53,444 nt of DNA from an uncultured Deferribacteres bacterium (GTDB taxonomy: Bacteria > Zhuqueibacterota > Zhuqueibacteria > Zhuqueibacterales > Geothermadaptataceae): contig CAXHAT010000024.1 in assembly GCA_964014485.1 (NCBI GenBank), positions 1 through 53,444 of the forward strand, in the 5' to 3' direction. Under the pieces are notes generated by a model. That model was not told the origin of the DNA. It saw only the letters and a program-made list of their open reading frames with translations, and made no database searches. Of the stretch, positions 1-10,385 are shown one piece after another. Positions within the stretch are counted from its first letter, which is position 1. Every line of letters begins with the position of its first letter. The translations under genes were made by a program, and so were the position numbers.

Positions 1-75
1 AAGAGCTTTTGGAGACGTAGTATTTTCAAAAACTTAGCGATGAATAAGGTCTATTGGGGATGGAAATGATTTCTT

Positions 76-177
76 TCTCCCATTAGCGTCGTCCTTCAGG
101 GTTGTGACAAGCGCGGCGGGGAGAAGAAAAGTGTGATTCTACCAAACCCCCGGCTTGAAATCCGGGGCCAATGAGAG
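76..177. repeat. REP/REPIN-like palindromic element (degenerate copy of the 43611-43748 element)
   Basis: Ends CATTAGC...GCCAATGAG are inverted, with an internal hairpin CCCCGG-cttgaaat-CCGGGG. It shares both ends and the GCGGCGG core with 43611-43748. Confidence 0.55.
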
Positions 178-386
178 GCAAAATCTCATCAGGCGCAAAA
201 GACGTCTTGCAGCCGAACTAAAATTGTCGGAAAAGCGCTTTGTCAACAAATGATTTCAAATGCGACAATTGACGTGCGTAATGTCGGATAAACTGAAAAA
301 TTCGGCTTTTTCTTCTCGCCCGGCTTCTCAATAATCCCTACCTATGGTCAAATAAAGCATGGTCTTACAGCAACTTCAAAAAGAAA

Positions 387-1106
387 TTGCCGGCAAAAGC
401 GTATACATCACTTTGGGGCTACGAAAGCGAGGGCGAAACGCATTTATACCGACTGCTGAAAGAAAAGCTGCCCTCTGGTTACCACATTTGGCACAAAATT
501 ATTGAACCGCAAACGGAGCGGGAAATCGGTTTCGTCGTTTTGCATCCTACTCTCGGCATGAGAGTGATCGAAGTCGCCGATTGGACGATTGGCCAATTGT
601 CGATGTTGAATCCGAAGACTTGCGCCATTCTGATCAACGGCGTTGAAACGGAATTGCCGAATCCTGTCTGGCGAGCGCGGGAAAATTGCATTGCGCTGAA
701 AAAACTTTTAGCAAAGGAACCAGCGTTGCGCGCGGAGCCGAGCAATGATCAGGCGCAACTCGCTTTTTCTTTGCAATATGTTGCCGTTTTTACCAAAATT
801 TCGCAAGACGATCTTACGCCTTCTGAGACCGCTTTTGCGCTGCCTGATCAACACATTATTACCTCCGAAAGGCTGCAGGCGGCTGAGTTTGCGAGTTCTC
901 AAGTTGAAGCGCTGTTTTTTTCACGACGAGGTCTCGACCGCGACACGGACCCGGCGTTGACCGAAGCGCAAATTACGTTCATCGACGAAGCTCTGAGCCA
1001 CAATTTACGACTAAAACCTCTGCGCGACGATCCAATCGTCGAAGACCTAAAATATATTCTGCAATTGAATAGAATGTTAACCGAAAGGATGTGGAGAAAA
1101 GCGTAA
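387..1106 (+). CDS. NERD (nuclease-related) domain protein, stand-alone and probably inactive
   Basis: SEGE..LYRLLKEKLP..Y.IWH, FVVLHPTLG..VIEVxDW and NPV.RAR match the NERD N-terminus. TTG start. Confidence 0.7.
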   Translation: MPAKAYTSLWGYESEGETHLYRLLKEKLPSGYHIWHKIIEPQTEREIGFVVLHPTLGMRVIEVADWTIGQLSMLNPKTCAILINGVETELPNPVWRARENCIALKKLLAKEPALRAEPSNDQAQLAFSLQYVAVFTKISQDDLTPSETAFALPDQHIITSERLQAAEFASSQVEALFFSRRGLDRDTDPALTEAQITFIDEALSHNLRLKPLRDDPIVEDLKYILQLNRMLTERMWRKA

Positions 1107-1984
1107 TGCAGGAATCGCCAACCGCAGGAAGCTCTGAGAATGCAACAGAAGTTCTCATCGAATTACATGAGCAACTCATTCGCTACAAAACCGCCATTGA
1201 AAGCATAGACGGCGCGGCTGCTTCTACGCAACAGGCAGCGGATGCGATTGCGGCAATTGCGGCCAAATTAGACGGTCTGCAAAATGTTGAAGCGCAAATT
1301 TCCGGCCCCTTGCGCGGCGCGCTCGAATCAGTGAACCAGGTGCAGAGCGGCGCTGAAGCTACGCGTAACGAGCTAAACGCCGTCGTCGATGATTTTGCAA
1401 AACGACTCAATGCGACGGCTTACGCTCCGCAAGGTGGAGAAATTGACGATCGTATCGGCGAAGCGCTGTTGCAACGAAATGATGAAATTGAACAGGAAGT
1501 GCGGCGTTTGCGGATGTTTTCCATGCTCAACACACTGCTTGTCGCCATTCTTTTGCTCTGGCTCGTTTTTGGCCAAAATCCTTCCACGTCAGAAGGCGAA
1601 ATTGCAAATCAGGAATCCGTTCAAACGCCGGTCGGGGCGACGCCTGCAAGTGAAAATTCATCTGAACCGCAGCAGGAAGTTGTCGAAGCTTTGAATGTAC
1701 AGATTTTAAACGGTTGCGGCATTAGGGGCGCCGCGAGACAGGTCGAAGACGCTTTGGCGCAATACGGAATTTCTGTACAATCGACAGGCAACGCCGATCA
1801 TTTTAACTATGAGGCGACGGGGGTTTTCGCAGGCGAGAAAAACCAAGCGCAGGCTGCGCGGATTGTCTCTATTCTTGGCTTGCCGAACCCGGAGAGCGCC
1901 GTTTCGCTTTCGCAATGGGGCGATTTTCATGTGACGATTGTGATCGGCAAAGACTTTCCGCAATGGGCGCAGGCGTTGAGGTAG
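1106..1984 (+). CDS. Membrane protein with N-terminal coiled coil, one TM helix and C-terminal LytR_C domain
   Basis: C-terminal VQILNGCGIRGAARQV...GNADHFNY...VTIVIGKDF is typical LytR_C. TM segment LLVAILLLWLVF. ATG at 1106 overlaps the upstream TAA, with GGAG upstream. Confidence 0.8.
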   Translation: MQESPTAGSSENATEVLIELHEQLIRYKTAIESIDGAAASTQQAADAIAAIAAKLDGLQNVEAQISGPLRGALESVNQVQSGAEATRNELNAVVDDFAKRLNATAYAPQGGEIDDRIGEALLQRNDEIEQEVRRLRMFSMLNTLLVAILLLWLVFGQNPSTSEGEIANQESVQTPVGATPASENSSEPQQEVVEALNVQILNGCGIRGAARQVEDALAQYGISVQSTGNADHFNYEATGVFAGEKNQAQAARIVSILGLPNPESAVSLSQWGDFHVTIVIGKDFPQWAQALR

Positions 1985-2060
1985 TGTTCTCCATCGCTTT
2001 CTACGATTCAAGGTATTTTCTCAATGAGCTGTTGGAAAAGTGCCGAGCAGAGAGAAAGCT

Positions 2061-3068
2061 CTAAATATTTTCCTCCTGCCAAGTTTTTTCAAGCTGCTCC
2101 AATTCTTTGGGCGTGTTAAAAGCCATGGTATCTTCATGAGCAACGGGAATTGCCGCAAGTTTGTGTTCGCCGGTCGCGGCAAGAATGCCGATCGTGTCGG
2201 TGAGATATTCTTCTTTTTGCGCGTTGTCATTGCTCAGTCGCTGCACGGCGTACAAGAACGCTTCCTTCTTAAATAAATATACGGAAAGATTGATTTGCTG
2301 TGTTTGTTCGACTGTCTCACCTGAAATTCGGTCGCCGTTCGGTAAAGTGATGAGCCGGTCGTGAGGTGAAAAAAAGCGTTTCAGCAGCGCTTCGTTCAGC
2401 TCTTGGCCGCTTTGAAGTGCGTCGAAAAGGCCGCCGAGCGCCAAGGCGATTTTTTTCTCCGGCCCGATTAATTCTTTGGCTAAATGCAACGCGTCCTGCG
2501 CCGAGATACTCCCGCCATCGCCTACCAAGCGAAAATACTCTTCAAGCAACAGACTTTTGGCGCTGTCGAATTTTTCTATATTCGCAACCGGCTCGCCGCT
2601 GTCTGAGAGAATAATGCGTCCTGAAGTCGGCTCTGTTTTTATGTTGCCGGTAAGAAACGCCAAGTCCGCTTTTTGCGATTCGAACACGTCCATCAGTTTT
2701 TGAATCGCGGTTGGCCGCAGAACGCGATCGCCTACAACGACGAGCACCGCGCCAACGTCTTTTAGCTCATTAAGCAGCGGGACGGCCATCTTCGCTGCGT
2801 GTCCCGTTCCCAGCGCCTGATTTTGAAAAGCGTAGAACACATTTTCAATTGCTTCGTCCGCAATTGTCCGCATCACGCTTTCGGCATAATGCCCGACGAT
2901 AATGATATGTTTTGAAACGCCAATTTTCTTATAGGTTCGCAGTCCGCGAATGATCACCGGAACGCCGTTGACGGGTATACAAACCTTGGCAAAATTCGGC
3001 TTTTGCATGCGCGTGCTTTTGCCCGCGGCCAGAATGAGAGATGCGACTCGATTATTTTCTTTTTTCAT
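2061..3068 (-). CDS. Sugar-phosphate nucleotidyltransferase (GlmU N-terminal-like) with an internal insertion and no acetyltransferase domain
   Basis: Motifs ILAAGKSTRM..K, Q..ALGTGHA, GD and NDNAQKEEYLTD. No hexapeptide repeats. Confidence 0.8.
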   Translation of the reverse strand: MKKENNRVASLILAAGKSTRMQKPNFAKVCIPVNGVPVIIRGLRTYKKIGVSKHIIIVGHYAESVMRTIADEAIENVFYAFQNQALGTGHAAKMAVPLLNELKDVGAVLVVVGDRVLRPTAIQKLMDVFESQKADLAFLTGNIKTEPTSGRIILSDSGEPVANIEKFDSAKSLLLEEYFRLVGDGGSISAQDALHLAKELIGPEKKIALALGGLFDALQSGQELNEALLKRFFSPHDRLITLPNGDRISGETVEQTQQINLSVYLFKKEAFLYAVQRLSNDNAQKEEYLTDTIGILAATGEHKLAAIPVAHEDTMAFNTPKELEQLEKTWQEENI

Positions 3069-3203
3069 TTGCTGATTGGTTGCGGTTGATTAGAAAAACC
3101 GTTATGTTTAATGAACTTTTTACGGGCTCAAAAGTATGTGTGATGAAGCGCTCATTTTCCCGCCTCAAAAAGAAAATTTTAAAGTAGATTGGAAGGTATT
3201 GTT

Positions 3204-6200
3204 ATGCGCAAATTGATCCAAAAATCGGCAATTTTCGCGGCGTGTTTTTTTATGCTCGGCGCAACGGCGTTCAGTCAGCAGGCCGTCATCTCGACAAAAA
3301 CCGCCATTAGCGGAAAGATTACGGATTACAGCAGCCGCCGACCATTGCAAGCGGCGAACATTTTCCTGGCGGGGACGACTATCGGCACATCCAGCGACAG
3401 CACCGGAAGCTTTACGCTAGCAAACGTGCCTTTTGGAACGCACGAATTAATCGTTTCTTATGTTGGCTATGAAGTCAAAAACATCCCGCTGCGTATAACG
3501 GAAGCCAAAGATATGACGATGAATTTCCGGATGAAACGGAAAATCATCAAAGTCCCGGAAATCGCCGTTTCCGCGTCTGAAGTCAAAGATTGGCAAAAGA
3601 ATTTCAAAAAATTTAAAGAGCTTTTTCTCGGCACTTCCCAAAATGCGGCGGAATGCGAATTCCAAAATCCTGAAGTTCTGGATTTCATCCCCCAAAAAGG
3701 ATCGACCCCGTTTCAAGCTTTTGCGAAGGAGCCGTTGATTCTCGACAACAAAGCGCTGGGCTACCGAGTTTATTACCTTTTGAGTAATTTTGAGGCGAAG
3801 CATACTTATGTGCAATATTATGGAAAAGCGGCTTTTTATGAACTTGAGCCGACGACGCGCAAGCAAGAAATAAAATGGCAGAAAAACCGTCTGGAAACTT
3901 ATCGCGGCTCAATGAAGCATTTTATGGCCTCCCTCTACGACAACACCCTGAAAAAAGAAGGGTACCTCGCTTACCAACTCCCCCATTTTCCTCAGCCTGG
4001 TGAAGAGCACACGATCAACAAAAAAGATTTAAGAACGAAAAACGTGCTTTCTCCGGGAGAACTGGACTTCGAGAAAAAACTCCGGTTTCAAAACTACATC
4101 GAAGTGATTAACGCCAAAGAGATGGAGCCGGACGAATACATCAAATATCGCATCGATATTGATCCCGAACTTATAAATGCGTCGTTTGATATGCGGCAAC
4201 AGGCTGAACAGGCGCAGAACCAGCGTTCGCTTATTGCGCTAAAAGAATACGAAGTCATTGTCGATTCCGTGGGTAACATCGACAAGCCTTTGGCGGTTGA
4301 CGTCTACGGTTATTGGAGTTGGGAACGAATCGCCGAGATGATGCCGACCAACTACGAAGCGCCTTTTTATACGCTGGACATGATGCTGGCTGACGATAAA
4401 AGGGATTACTTTGGCGAAGGTGAGGCGAAACGCAAATCCGGTGATTGGCAGGGCGCTTTGGAAATTTGGAAAAGCGGCAAGGAATCGATGGAAATCCGAG
4501 GCAAGGCCGATCCGCGCATCGGTTTTAGCTTTATTGAACTGGCGACCGATAAAAAAGCGGTTGAACATTACGAAGACGCCTGCGAAATTTATATGTGGGG
4601 ATTATCAACGCAGTTTCCTAAAAAGTATAAAAAAGAGCTGACCGCTGAATTCGAGAAAATTGCCCCCCTTCTTGCAAAGCGCGATGCGAACGGCTGGGAA
4701 AAAGACGCTAAAAAAGCCGATAAATCAATCCTTGATCGGATGCGCGCGTTTTGGATAGAAAAAGACCCAACGCCGACTTCGCTTTATAATGAACGCTTGA
4801 TCGAGCACTGGCAACGAATTGCGCACGCACGAGCAAGTTTCGTCAAAACTAAAAGCACGGTTTACGGGACGGATGACCGCGGATTAGTTTATGTAAAACT
4901 TGGCCCGCCAAATAGAAGCCGTTCCCTTATCCTTGGGAAAAACATGGCGGAGCTCAACAGGATTTTTGGCGAAACGTATAACGATAACGGTGTTGCTTCA
5001 GCAAACAGTTCGCCAAACTCAGGCGCTGCTCAGGAAGATGCACAACAGTCCGACGATGACGTGGCCGGCGGCTTGCCTCCGGGCAAGGAGATTGTTGATC
5101 GACAGGCTCCAACGCCTACAACCGCCAGTATGGAAGACAGTCGTTCAACTTTGGAATTTGAAGTCGCTAAATACAATAAAGCCCCGGAATGCGAGCTTTG
5201 GGGGTATACTGAATTTGACGACAACCGAACGACGATCTACATTTTTGGCACGGAAGGCGGTGACGGTTCTTTTGGCTTAAGAAATGGCGTCGAAGAATTC
5301 ATTCCGTCAAGCGCATTTTCTCGTTCCAGCGCAAGGCTGACTTTCGGAATCCTGCCAGGTACTGTCATTCAGATGTTGTATTATCAAGACCTCGCGGCTT
5401 TCGATAACTATTTTGCCGATCGCTTCCGGCAGCTCGACGATATGTGGATTCGTACTGCAGCTAGCGGCCAACGAGCGCCAAATATGAACCTTGCCAGAGG
5501 CGCGCGGCAGAGCTTTCTGGCCGAAGATCAGCATGCGCCGCTTCACCGCTTTGCGCCGCTGGATCAATCGGATTTTCGCAAATCTTTCCAGCCAATTCAG
5601 ATGATTACGACTCAGGCGCGTTTTTTGAACGAACTTAACGAGCCCGTGATGAATTTCGTCACCTTTGCTTTTCCGCAAAATCTCAGTTCCTTCAAAACGG
5701 ATGAAATGCTGAATGTTGAAGTTTCATTCAAGCACGATTTGAAATATTCTCTTATCGTCCGTGACGATGAATTCTCAGAAATGGAACGTCTCACGGCCGA
5801 GCCGGTCGCTGAATTGGATCATACCGCCGTTTTTAGCATGCCGCACAATCCCGAACATGCTCAATACACTGTCGCCGTCGAAGCTTTTTCGCAATCACAG
5901 AGCGGCGATGCGGAAAACTTGCCGGGAATCGGACAAGCGCATTTCGCCGGGCTGTCCCCATTGGTTACGGACAAAAAGAAGCTGGAAATGAGCGACCTTG
6001 TCTTGGGGGTTGAACCGCCGGCGAATACTGACCCCGGTTTGCTGCCTTACCCGATTGTTCCCAGCAATCGCATTTGGAAAGTTGACAATTTGATGGTTTA
6101 TATGGAGGTCTACCATCTCAAATTGAATAGCGGGGAGGGGAAATATTCAGCGGATTTTCGCGTTTTTAAAGTCAAGGGCAGAGGAGAGAAAGCCAAGCGC

Positions 6201-6380
6201 GAAGAAATGGTTGCGTCGCAATTCGAGTTTACTTCGGCGACTGAAACTTCAAAAGAGCCGTTCGGCGTTTCAGTTTCCAATTTGTCTAAAGGGGATTATG
6301 AATTAGAAGTCGAAATTCGCGATAAGAATTCCGGGCAAAAACAGACGCGCATCGCGAAATTTGAGGTGAGGGAGAAATAA
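3204..6380 (+). CDS. Secreted protein with carboxypeptidase-regulatory-like (CarbopepD_reg_2) domain and GWxTD-like domain
   Basis: Signal peptide; ISGKITD...ANIFLAGTTIGTSSD..G.F.L...G.HELIVSYVGY; FW..KDPTP..YNE...EHWQR; YGTDDRGLVYVKLGPP. ATG at 3204 follows GGAAGG. Confidence 0.75.
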   Translation: MRKLIQKSAIFAACFFMLGATAFSQQAVISTKTAISGKITDYSSRRPLQAANIFLAGTTIGTSSDSTGSFTLANVPFGTHELIVSYVGYEVKNIPLRITEAKDMTMNFRMKRKIIKVPEIAVSASEVKDWQKNFKKFKELFLGTSQNAAECEFQNPEVLDFIPQKGSTPFQAFAKEPLILDNKALGYRVYYLLSNFEAKHTYVQYYGKAAFYELEPTTRKQEIKWQKNRLETYRGSMKHFMASLYDNTLKKEGYLAYQLPHFPQPGEEHTINKKDLRTKNVLSPGELDFEKKLRFQNYIEVINAKEMEPDEYIKYRIDIDPELINASFDMRQQAEQAQNQRSLIALKEYEVIVDSVGNIDKPLAVDVYGYWSWERIAEMMPTNYEAPFYTLDMMLADDKRDYFGEGEAKRKSGDWQGALEIWKSGKESMEIRGKADPRIGFSFIELATDKKAVEHYEDACEIYMWGLSTQFPKKYKKELTAEFEKIAPLLAKRDANGWEKDAKKADKSILDRMRAFWIEKDPTPTSLYNERLIEHWQRIAHARASFVKTKSTVYGTDDRGLVYVKLGPPNRSRSLILGKNMAELNRIFGETYNDNGVASANSSPNSGAAQEDAQQSDDDVAGGLPPGKEIVDRQAPTPTTASMEDSRSTLEFEVAKYNKAPECELWGYTEFDDNRTTIYIFGTEGGDGSFGLRNGVEEFIPSSAFSRSSARLTFGILPGTVIQMLYYQDLAAFDNYFADRFRQLDDMWIRTAASGQRAPNMNLARGARQSFLAEDQHAPLHRFAPLDQSDFRKSFQPIQMITTQARFLNELNEPVMNFVTFAFPQNLSSFKTDEMLNVEVSFKHDLKYSLIVRDDEFSEMERLTAEPVAELDHTAVFSMPHNPEHAQYTVAVEAFSQSQSGDAENLPGIGQAHFAGLSPLVTDKKKLEMSDLVLGVEPPANTDPGLLPYPIVPSNRIWKVDNLMVYMEVYHLKLNSGEGKYSADFRVFKVKGRGEKAKREEMVASQFEFTSATETSKEPFGVSVSNLSKGDYELEVEIRDKNSGQKQTRIAKFEVREK

Positions 6381-6491
6381 GCCGCTTCTTCTTTTCCGTG
6401 TAAACTTGCAATGTTCTTAGGAGCGGGACGCAAGCTCCTCGGACATAGCAAATGAAGGGTTGACGAGAGAGTATGACTTGAGGCTAAAATC

Positions 6492-9400
6492 ATGATTCGA
6501 AAACATTACATTCCAGCTATCGCATTTTTTCTGGTTTGCGTGTTTTTCGTTGGGGAAGGTCTCGCGCAGGCCAAGAAGGCGGGGAGAATTGTCGGCAGAA
6601 TTGTTGATCTCAAGACAAAAGAACCGCTGGGCAGCGCAAACGTTTTTCTTTCCAACACAATGTTAGGAACGGCGACGGACTTGGATGGCCGCTTTGAGAT
6701 CAAGGAAATTCCTTACGGGGTTTATGAACTGACCGTTTCGATGATCGGCTACAAAACGCAATTTAGGCAAGTCAAGGTCGAAGTCGATCACACGCTCGTT
6801 GAAAATTTTTATCTCGACCTCAAGGTTCTCCCGGGAAAAGCGATTTCGGTAACGGCGCTGGATCCGCAAAAGAGAAAACGATTTTTGAAGCGTTTTCAGC
6901 GCATTTTTCTCGGAGCATCATACGAAGAGCTAAACTGTAGATTGAAAAACGAAGAAACGCTGCACTTTGAATTCGATGATGCGAAGAGCTTGCTTCTGGC
7001 AACGGCCAACGAACCTTTGCTCATTGAGAATCGCGCCACCGGCTATCTTGTGACCTTTGTTTTGGAAGACTTCAGCGCTCAAGACGTTTCGGAAGGCATC
7101 GCATTTACCTACAAAGGCCGCGCGCATTTCAAAGACCTCGACCCCAAAGACAGAGCTGAGCTGCGGCGCTGGGAAAAGAACCGGCTTCTCGCCTATCACG
7201 GCTCGCCTCGCCATTTCTTTGCCGCACTCGCTAACCGCGATTTCGAAGGTTCAGGATTTCAATTCTTCAATAGCCTGGAGCCCGTTCATACGCCGCTTAG
7301 AGACGATCGGCGGAAAATCACCTCCGACGAAGTTATGAGTGAATTGACAGGCTCGGATCAGCAACAGTTGCGCTTCAAGGATTACATGGAAGTCGTGTAT
7401 CATTTTGAGGGCCAGCCTCAAACTTCCTGGATTAAGCTTAACAAAGAGTTCGCGAACCTCACTTTGAGCGGCTGGATTGCCGAGCCTCTAAACGCGTTTA
7501 CATTTCGCGGCTGGTGGGCTGTCGAACGATTGACGGAATTGCTGCCGAGAGAGTTTGAACCTGTTGAAGCGGCGAAAACGAAAGCCGTCCATGTTGCAGA
7601 TACGCGCGACTATTATCACGAAGGGACCAAAAAGTTGGATTCCGGTGATTGGGAAGGCGCGCTTGACATGTGGAAAATCAGCCGAGAAATGTTAGAGATT
7701 CAAGATCGCTATCATTCCGATCTTGGATTTTCTTTTATTGAGCTTGCCGCGGAGCAAAACGCCAGCGATTTTTACGAAGACGCTTGTAAAACTTATTATT
7801 GGACGCTTTCAGAAGACGCCTTCGATGCGAACAAAGAAGTAATCAGTGAAGAGATTGAGCGTATCAGCCCAGTCTTGACGGACAGTGTTCTGGCGGAATG
7901 GCGGCGCGATGTGAAGAAAAATCGTTCCGAAGTCGTGCAAAAAATCAAGCGATTTTGGTTAGAAAAAGACCCGACTCCGGCAACGGTATTGAATGAACGC
8001 CTGATCGAACATTGGCAGCGGATTGCTTACGCGAAAAAGCACTTTAAAAATGCAAACTCTACTCCATACGGCACTGATGATCGCGGTTTGATTTACGTAA
8101 AGTATGGCAAGCCGAATCGGTCTTTGACGAAAAACCTGGGATCAAGCCCGGATGAATTGCAGCGTTGGGGGCGTTTTGAACTGCCGGACGACCGGGACGC
8201 TGAAGGTTTTGATCCTCTCGCACCAAGAATCAGCTCCAACGAAGACATGACCATGCTTCGTTCGAATATGGCGAGGTGGAACGTTTATCCTGAGTGCGAG
8301 CTTTGGGCTTATGACAGGGTTTTGAATACCGCTGACGATGAGAGGTTAATCTTTATCTTCGGGCCGCGCGGCGGTCGGGGGGCGTACGGCCTCAGAAACA
8401 GTATCGAAGAGTTTATACCGGACGATGCGTTTCATCGGCGCAACGCCGGACGCACCGGCGGCATGCTCCCCGGCGGTTTGTTGCAACTCATGTATTATCG
8501 CGAAGTCAGTGCGTTCGACATGAGCCTTGCGAAACGCTATAATGAAATTGAAAGCACTTGGTTTGAAGCGCGTTCCCGAGATGAGCTTGGTCCGAAGATT
8601 GACTTGGTGCGCGGGAAAAGAATCGAGTATAAGAATCTTGACACCTTTGACTCGCCAAGAAATTTTGCGCCGAAAGAACATTCAGATTTGGCGGCTCGCA
8701 TCCAATCTCTTGTTTTTGCAGGGTATCGCACCCGGATTTTGAACAAAGCCAACCGGCCCGAAGTGATCTTTACCGGGTTCGCGCAAAGGTCTTTTGGAAG
8801 TACTGACCGTAGAGTAGCCACCCAGGATTCTATAGAAAGCGGCGGCGAAGTTTATTTTGCCTTGATTGCCCGTGACCGGCAAATGGAAGAAGTCCGGCGT
8901 TTTACCGAACAGCCCTTTTCTTCAGACGACTTGACGGCGGTTTTTCGGGTTGATCACAAAGAAGCCTATCGCCATTTCTCACTCTCAGCGCAATCGCTGC
9001 AGCCGAGAAGCCAAATTCAGCGGAACGGGCCGCCAAACACCGTTCTGGTTGGCAGCGAACATTTCCGTGATCTTCCGCCGCTTGAATCGAATGTAAATGA
9101 ATTCGAAGCCAGCGACTTGGTTCTGGGCGTGTTGCCCCCGGACGACGTTACCGGCGAAGCGCTTCCTTTTCCGCTGGTGCAGAGCCGCATTTTTGCACCT
9201 CAAGACCCGATGCAAGTTTATTTTGAAGTCTATCATTTAAAGCCAGATAAACAGGGTGTTGGGCGCTATTCGGCTGAATTTCGCGTTATCAAAACGGAAA
9301 AGAAGGGCAAAAAAATCAAGCGACGTGAACTGGTTGCTTCGAGCTTCGAATACACCTCGGACAGTGTAAATTCGAAGAGGTTCTTCGGAGTCTCCACAGT

Positions 9401-9500
9401 GAATCTTAAAAGCGGGCGCTATGATCTCGAGGTCGAACTCAAGGATTTGGTTTCCGGCGCCAGGAAAACGCGTTTCTCATCATTTGAAATTGAAAAATAG
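6492..9500 (+). CDS. Paralog of the upstream gene: CarbopepD_reg_2 and GWxTD-like secreted protein
   Basis: Same collinear architecture, with FWLEKDPTP..NERLIEHWQR, YGTDDRGLIYVKYGKP and YGLRNSIEEFIP. Confidence 0.75.
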   Translation: MIRKHYIPAIAFFLVCVFFVGEGLAQAKKAGRIVGRIVDLKTKEPLGSANVFLSNTMLGTATDLDGRFEIKEIPYGVYELTVSMIGYKTQFRQVKVEVDHTLVENFYLDLKVLPGKAISVTALDPQKRKRFLKRFQRIFLGASYEELNCRLKNEETLHFEFDDAKSLLLATANEPLLIENRATGYLVTFVLEDFSAQDVSEGIAFTYKGRAHFKDLDPKDRAELRRWEKNRLLAYHGSPRHFFAALANRDFEGSGFQFFNSLEPVHTPLRDDRRKITSDEVMSELTGSDQQQLRFKDYMEVVYHFEGQPQTSWIKLNKEFANLTLSGWIAEPLNAFTFRGWWAVERLTELLPREFEPVEAAKTKAVHVADTRDYYHEGTKKLDSGDWEGALDMWKISREMLEIQDRYHSDLGFSFIELAAEQNASDFYEDACKTYYWTLSEDAFDANKEVISEEIERISPVLTDSVLAEWRRDVKKNRSEVVQKIKRFWLEKDPTPATVLNERLIEHWQRIAYAKKHFKNANSTPYGTDDRGLIYVKYGKPNRSLTKNLGSSPDELQRWGRFELPDDRDAEGFDPLAPRISSNEDMTMLRSNMARWNVYPECELWAYDRVLNTADDERLIFIFGPRGGRGAYGLRNSIEEFIPDDAFHRRNAGRTGGMLPGGLLQLMYYREVSAFDMSLAKRYNEIESTWFEARSRDELGPKIDLVRGKRIEYKNLDTFDSPRNFAPKEHSDLAARIQSLVFAGYRTRILNKANRPEVIFTGFAQRSFGSTDRRVATQDSIESGGEVYFALIARDRQMEEVRRFTEQPFSSDDLTAVFRVDHKEAYRHFSLSAQSLQPRSQIQRNGPPNTVLVGSEHFRDLPPLESNVNEFEASDLVLGVLPPDDVTGEALPFPLVQSRIFAPQDPMQVYFEVYHLKPDKQGVGRYSAEFRVIKTEKKGKKIKRRELVASSFEYTSDSVNSKRFFGVSTVNLKSGRYDLEVELKDLVSGARKTRFSSFEIEK

Positions 9501-9516
9501 GAGGTTCCTCATCCGA

Positions 9517-10209
9517 ATGCCACGCCCGAAGCTGGACTTACGCCTACGACTATCCGCAATCGCCTTGTCGGCTCTTTTAGGGATCACAAATGTTTATGCG
9601 CAGACTTCGACAACGGACTATTTCCCCAGATATGCCTTTGACTTGAATTGGAGCCCGTTTTACCTTTCGTTTATTCAACCTTTGGATGATGACGAGAACT
9701 TCACGCCTATTCTTGGGAGCGGCTTCAATTTCGAGCTCTATCAATTGAACGCTGATAAAGCGCTTTATGCCGCCTTGCAATTCGACGTTTTCGGCGCAAG
9801 CACGGAAGGAAAAGAAAGTATAAAATGGCGGCGCACCGACATTGACATGGGGCTGCGGCTTAATATGGCCATGAGCTTCATGGGCCGCCCAAACGCAAAG
9901 TTTTTTTTAGGAACGGGCTATTCCAGACTGCATCTCAAAAAAAGAGACGCCCGATACGAAAAGGTGCGTGAGCGTGTAGAAGGGAAGCTCGTTGTGCGAG
10001 ACGTCGATGTGAGTCTGATCACGAAGTGGGACGGTCACGGCGCTTTTTTCGAGGCTGGGCAAATCGTTCCGCTGGAACTCAATCATACGCCTTTTCTCAA
10101 TCTTGTGTGGGCGCTTAAATATGAACACTCGCTCTCTGGAAGTGAATTAAACCTCGGCGGCGTTTCCTTTGCTTTTGGTTTTGGCTTTACTTTTTCCTAC
10201 CGCAAATAA
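9517..10209 (+). CDS. Putative outer-membrane beta-barrel protein
   Basis: Signal peptide, alternating aromatic/hydrophobic strands and C-terminal FAFGFGFTF. GGAGG RBS precedes the ATG at 9517. Confidence 0.55.
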   Translation: MPRPKLDLRLRLSAIALSALLGITNVYAQTSTTDYFPRYAFDLNWSPFYLSFIQPLDDDENFTPILGSGFNFELYQLNADKALYAALQFDVFGASTEGKESIKWRRTDIDMGLRLNMAMSFMGRPNAKFFLGTGYSRLHLKKRDARYEKVRERVEGKLVVRDVDVSLITKWDGHGAFFEAGQIVPLELNHTPFLNLVWALKYEHSLSGSELNLGGVSFAFGFGFTFSYRK

Positions 10210-10385
10210 TGCTCTTGCCCAACGACTCCTCCATTTTTCAGGCCTGATTTTGGTATACATCTAAACAAAGTCTCCCGCTTTCGGTTGAATCCGCTGGAAA
10301 ATCGACGGCAGGATTTATTGTTTAACCGGCTTCTCGACACTGTTTTTTAGCTAAACCCATGAACTGATCAACGGAACTTGGTAAA

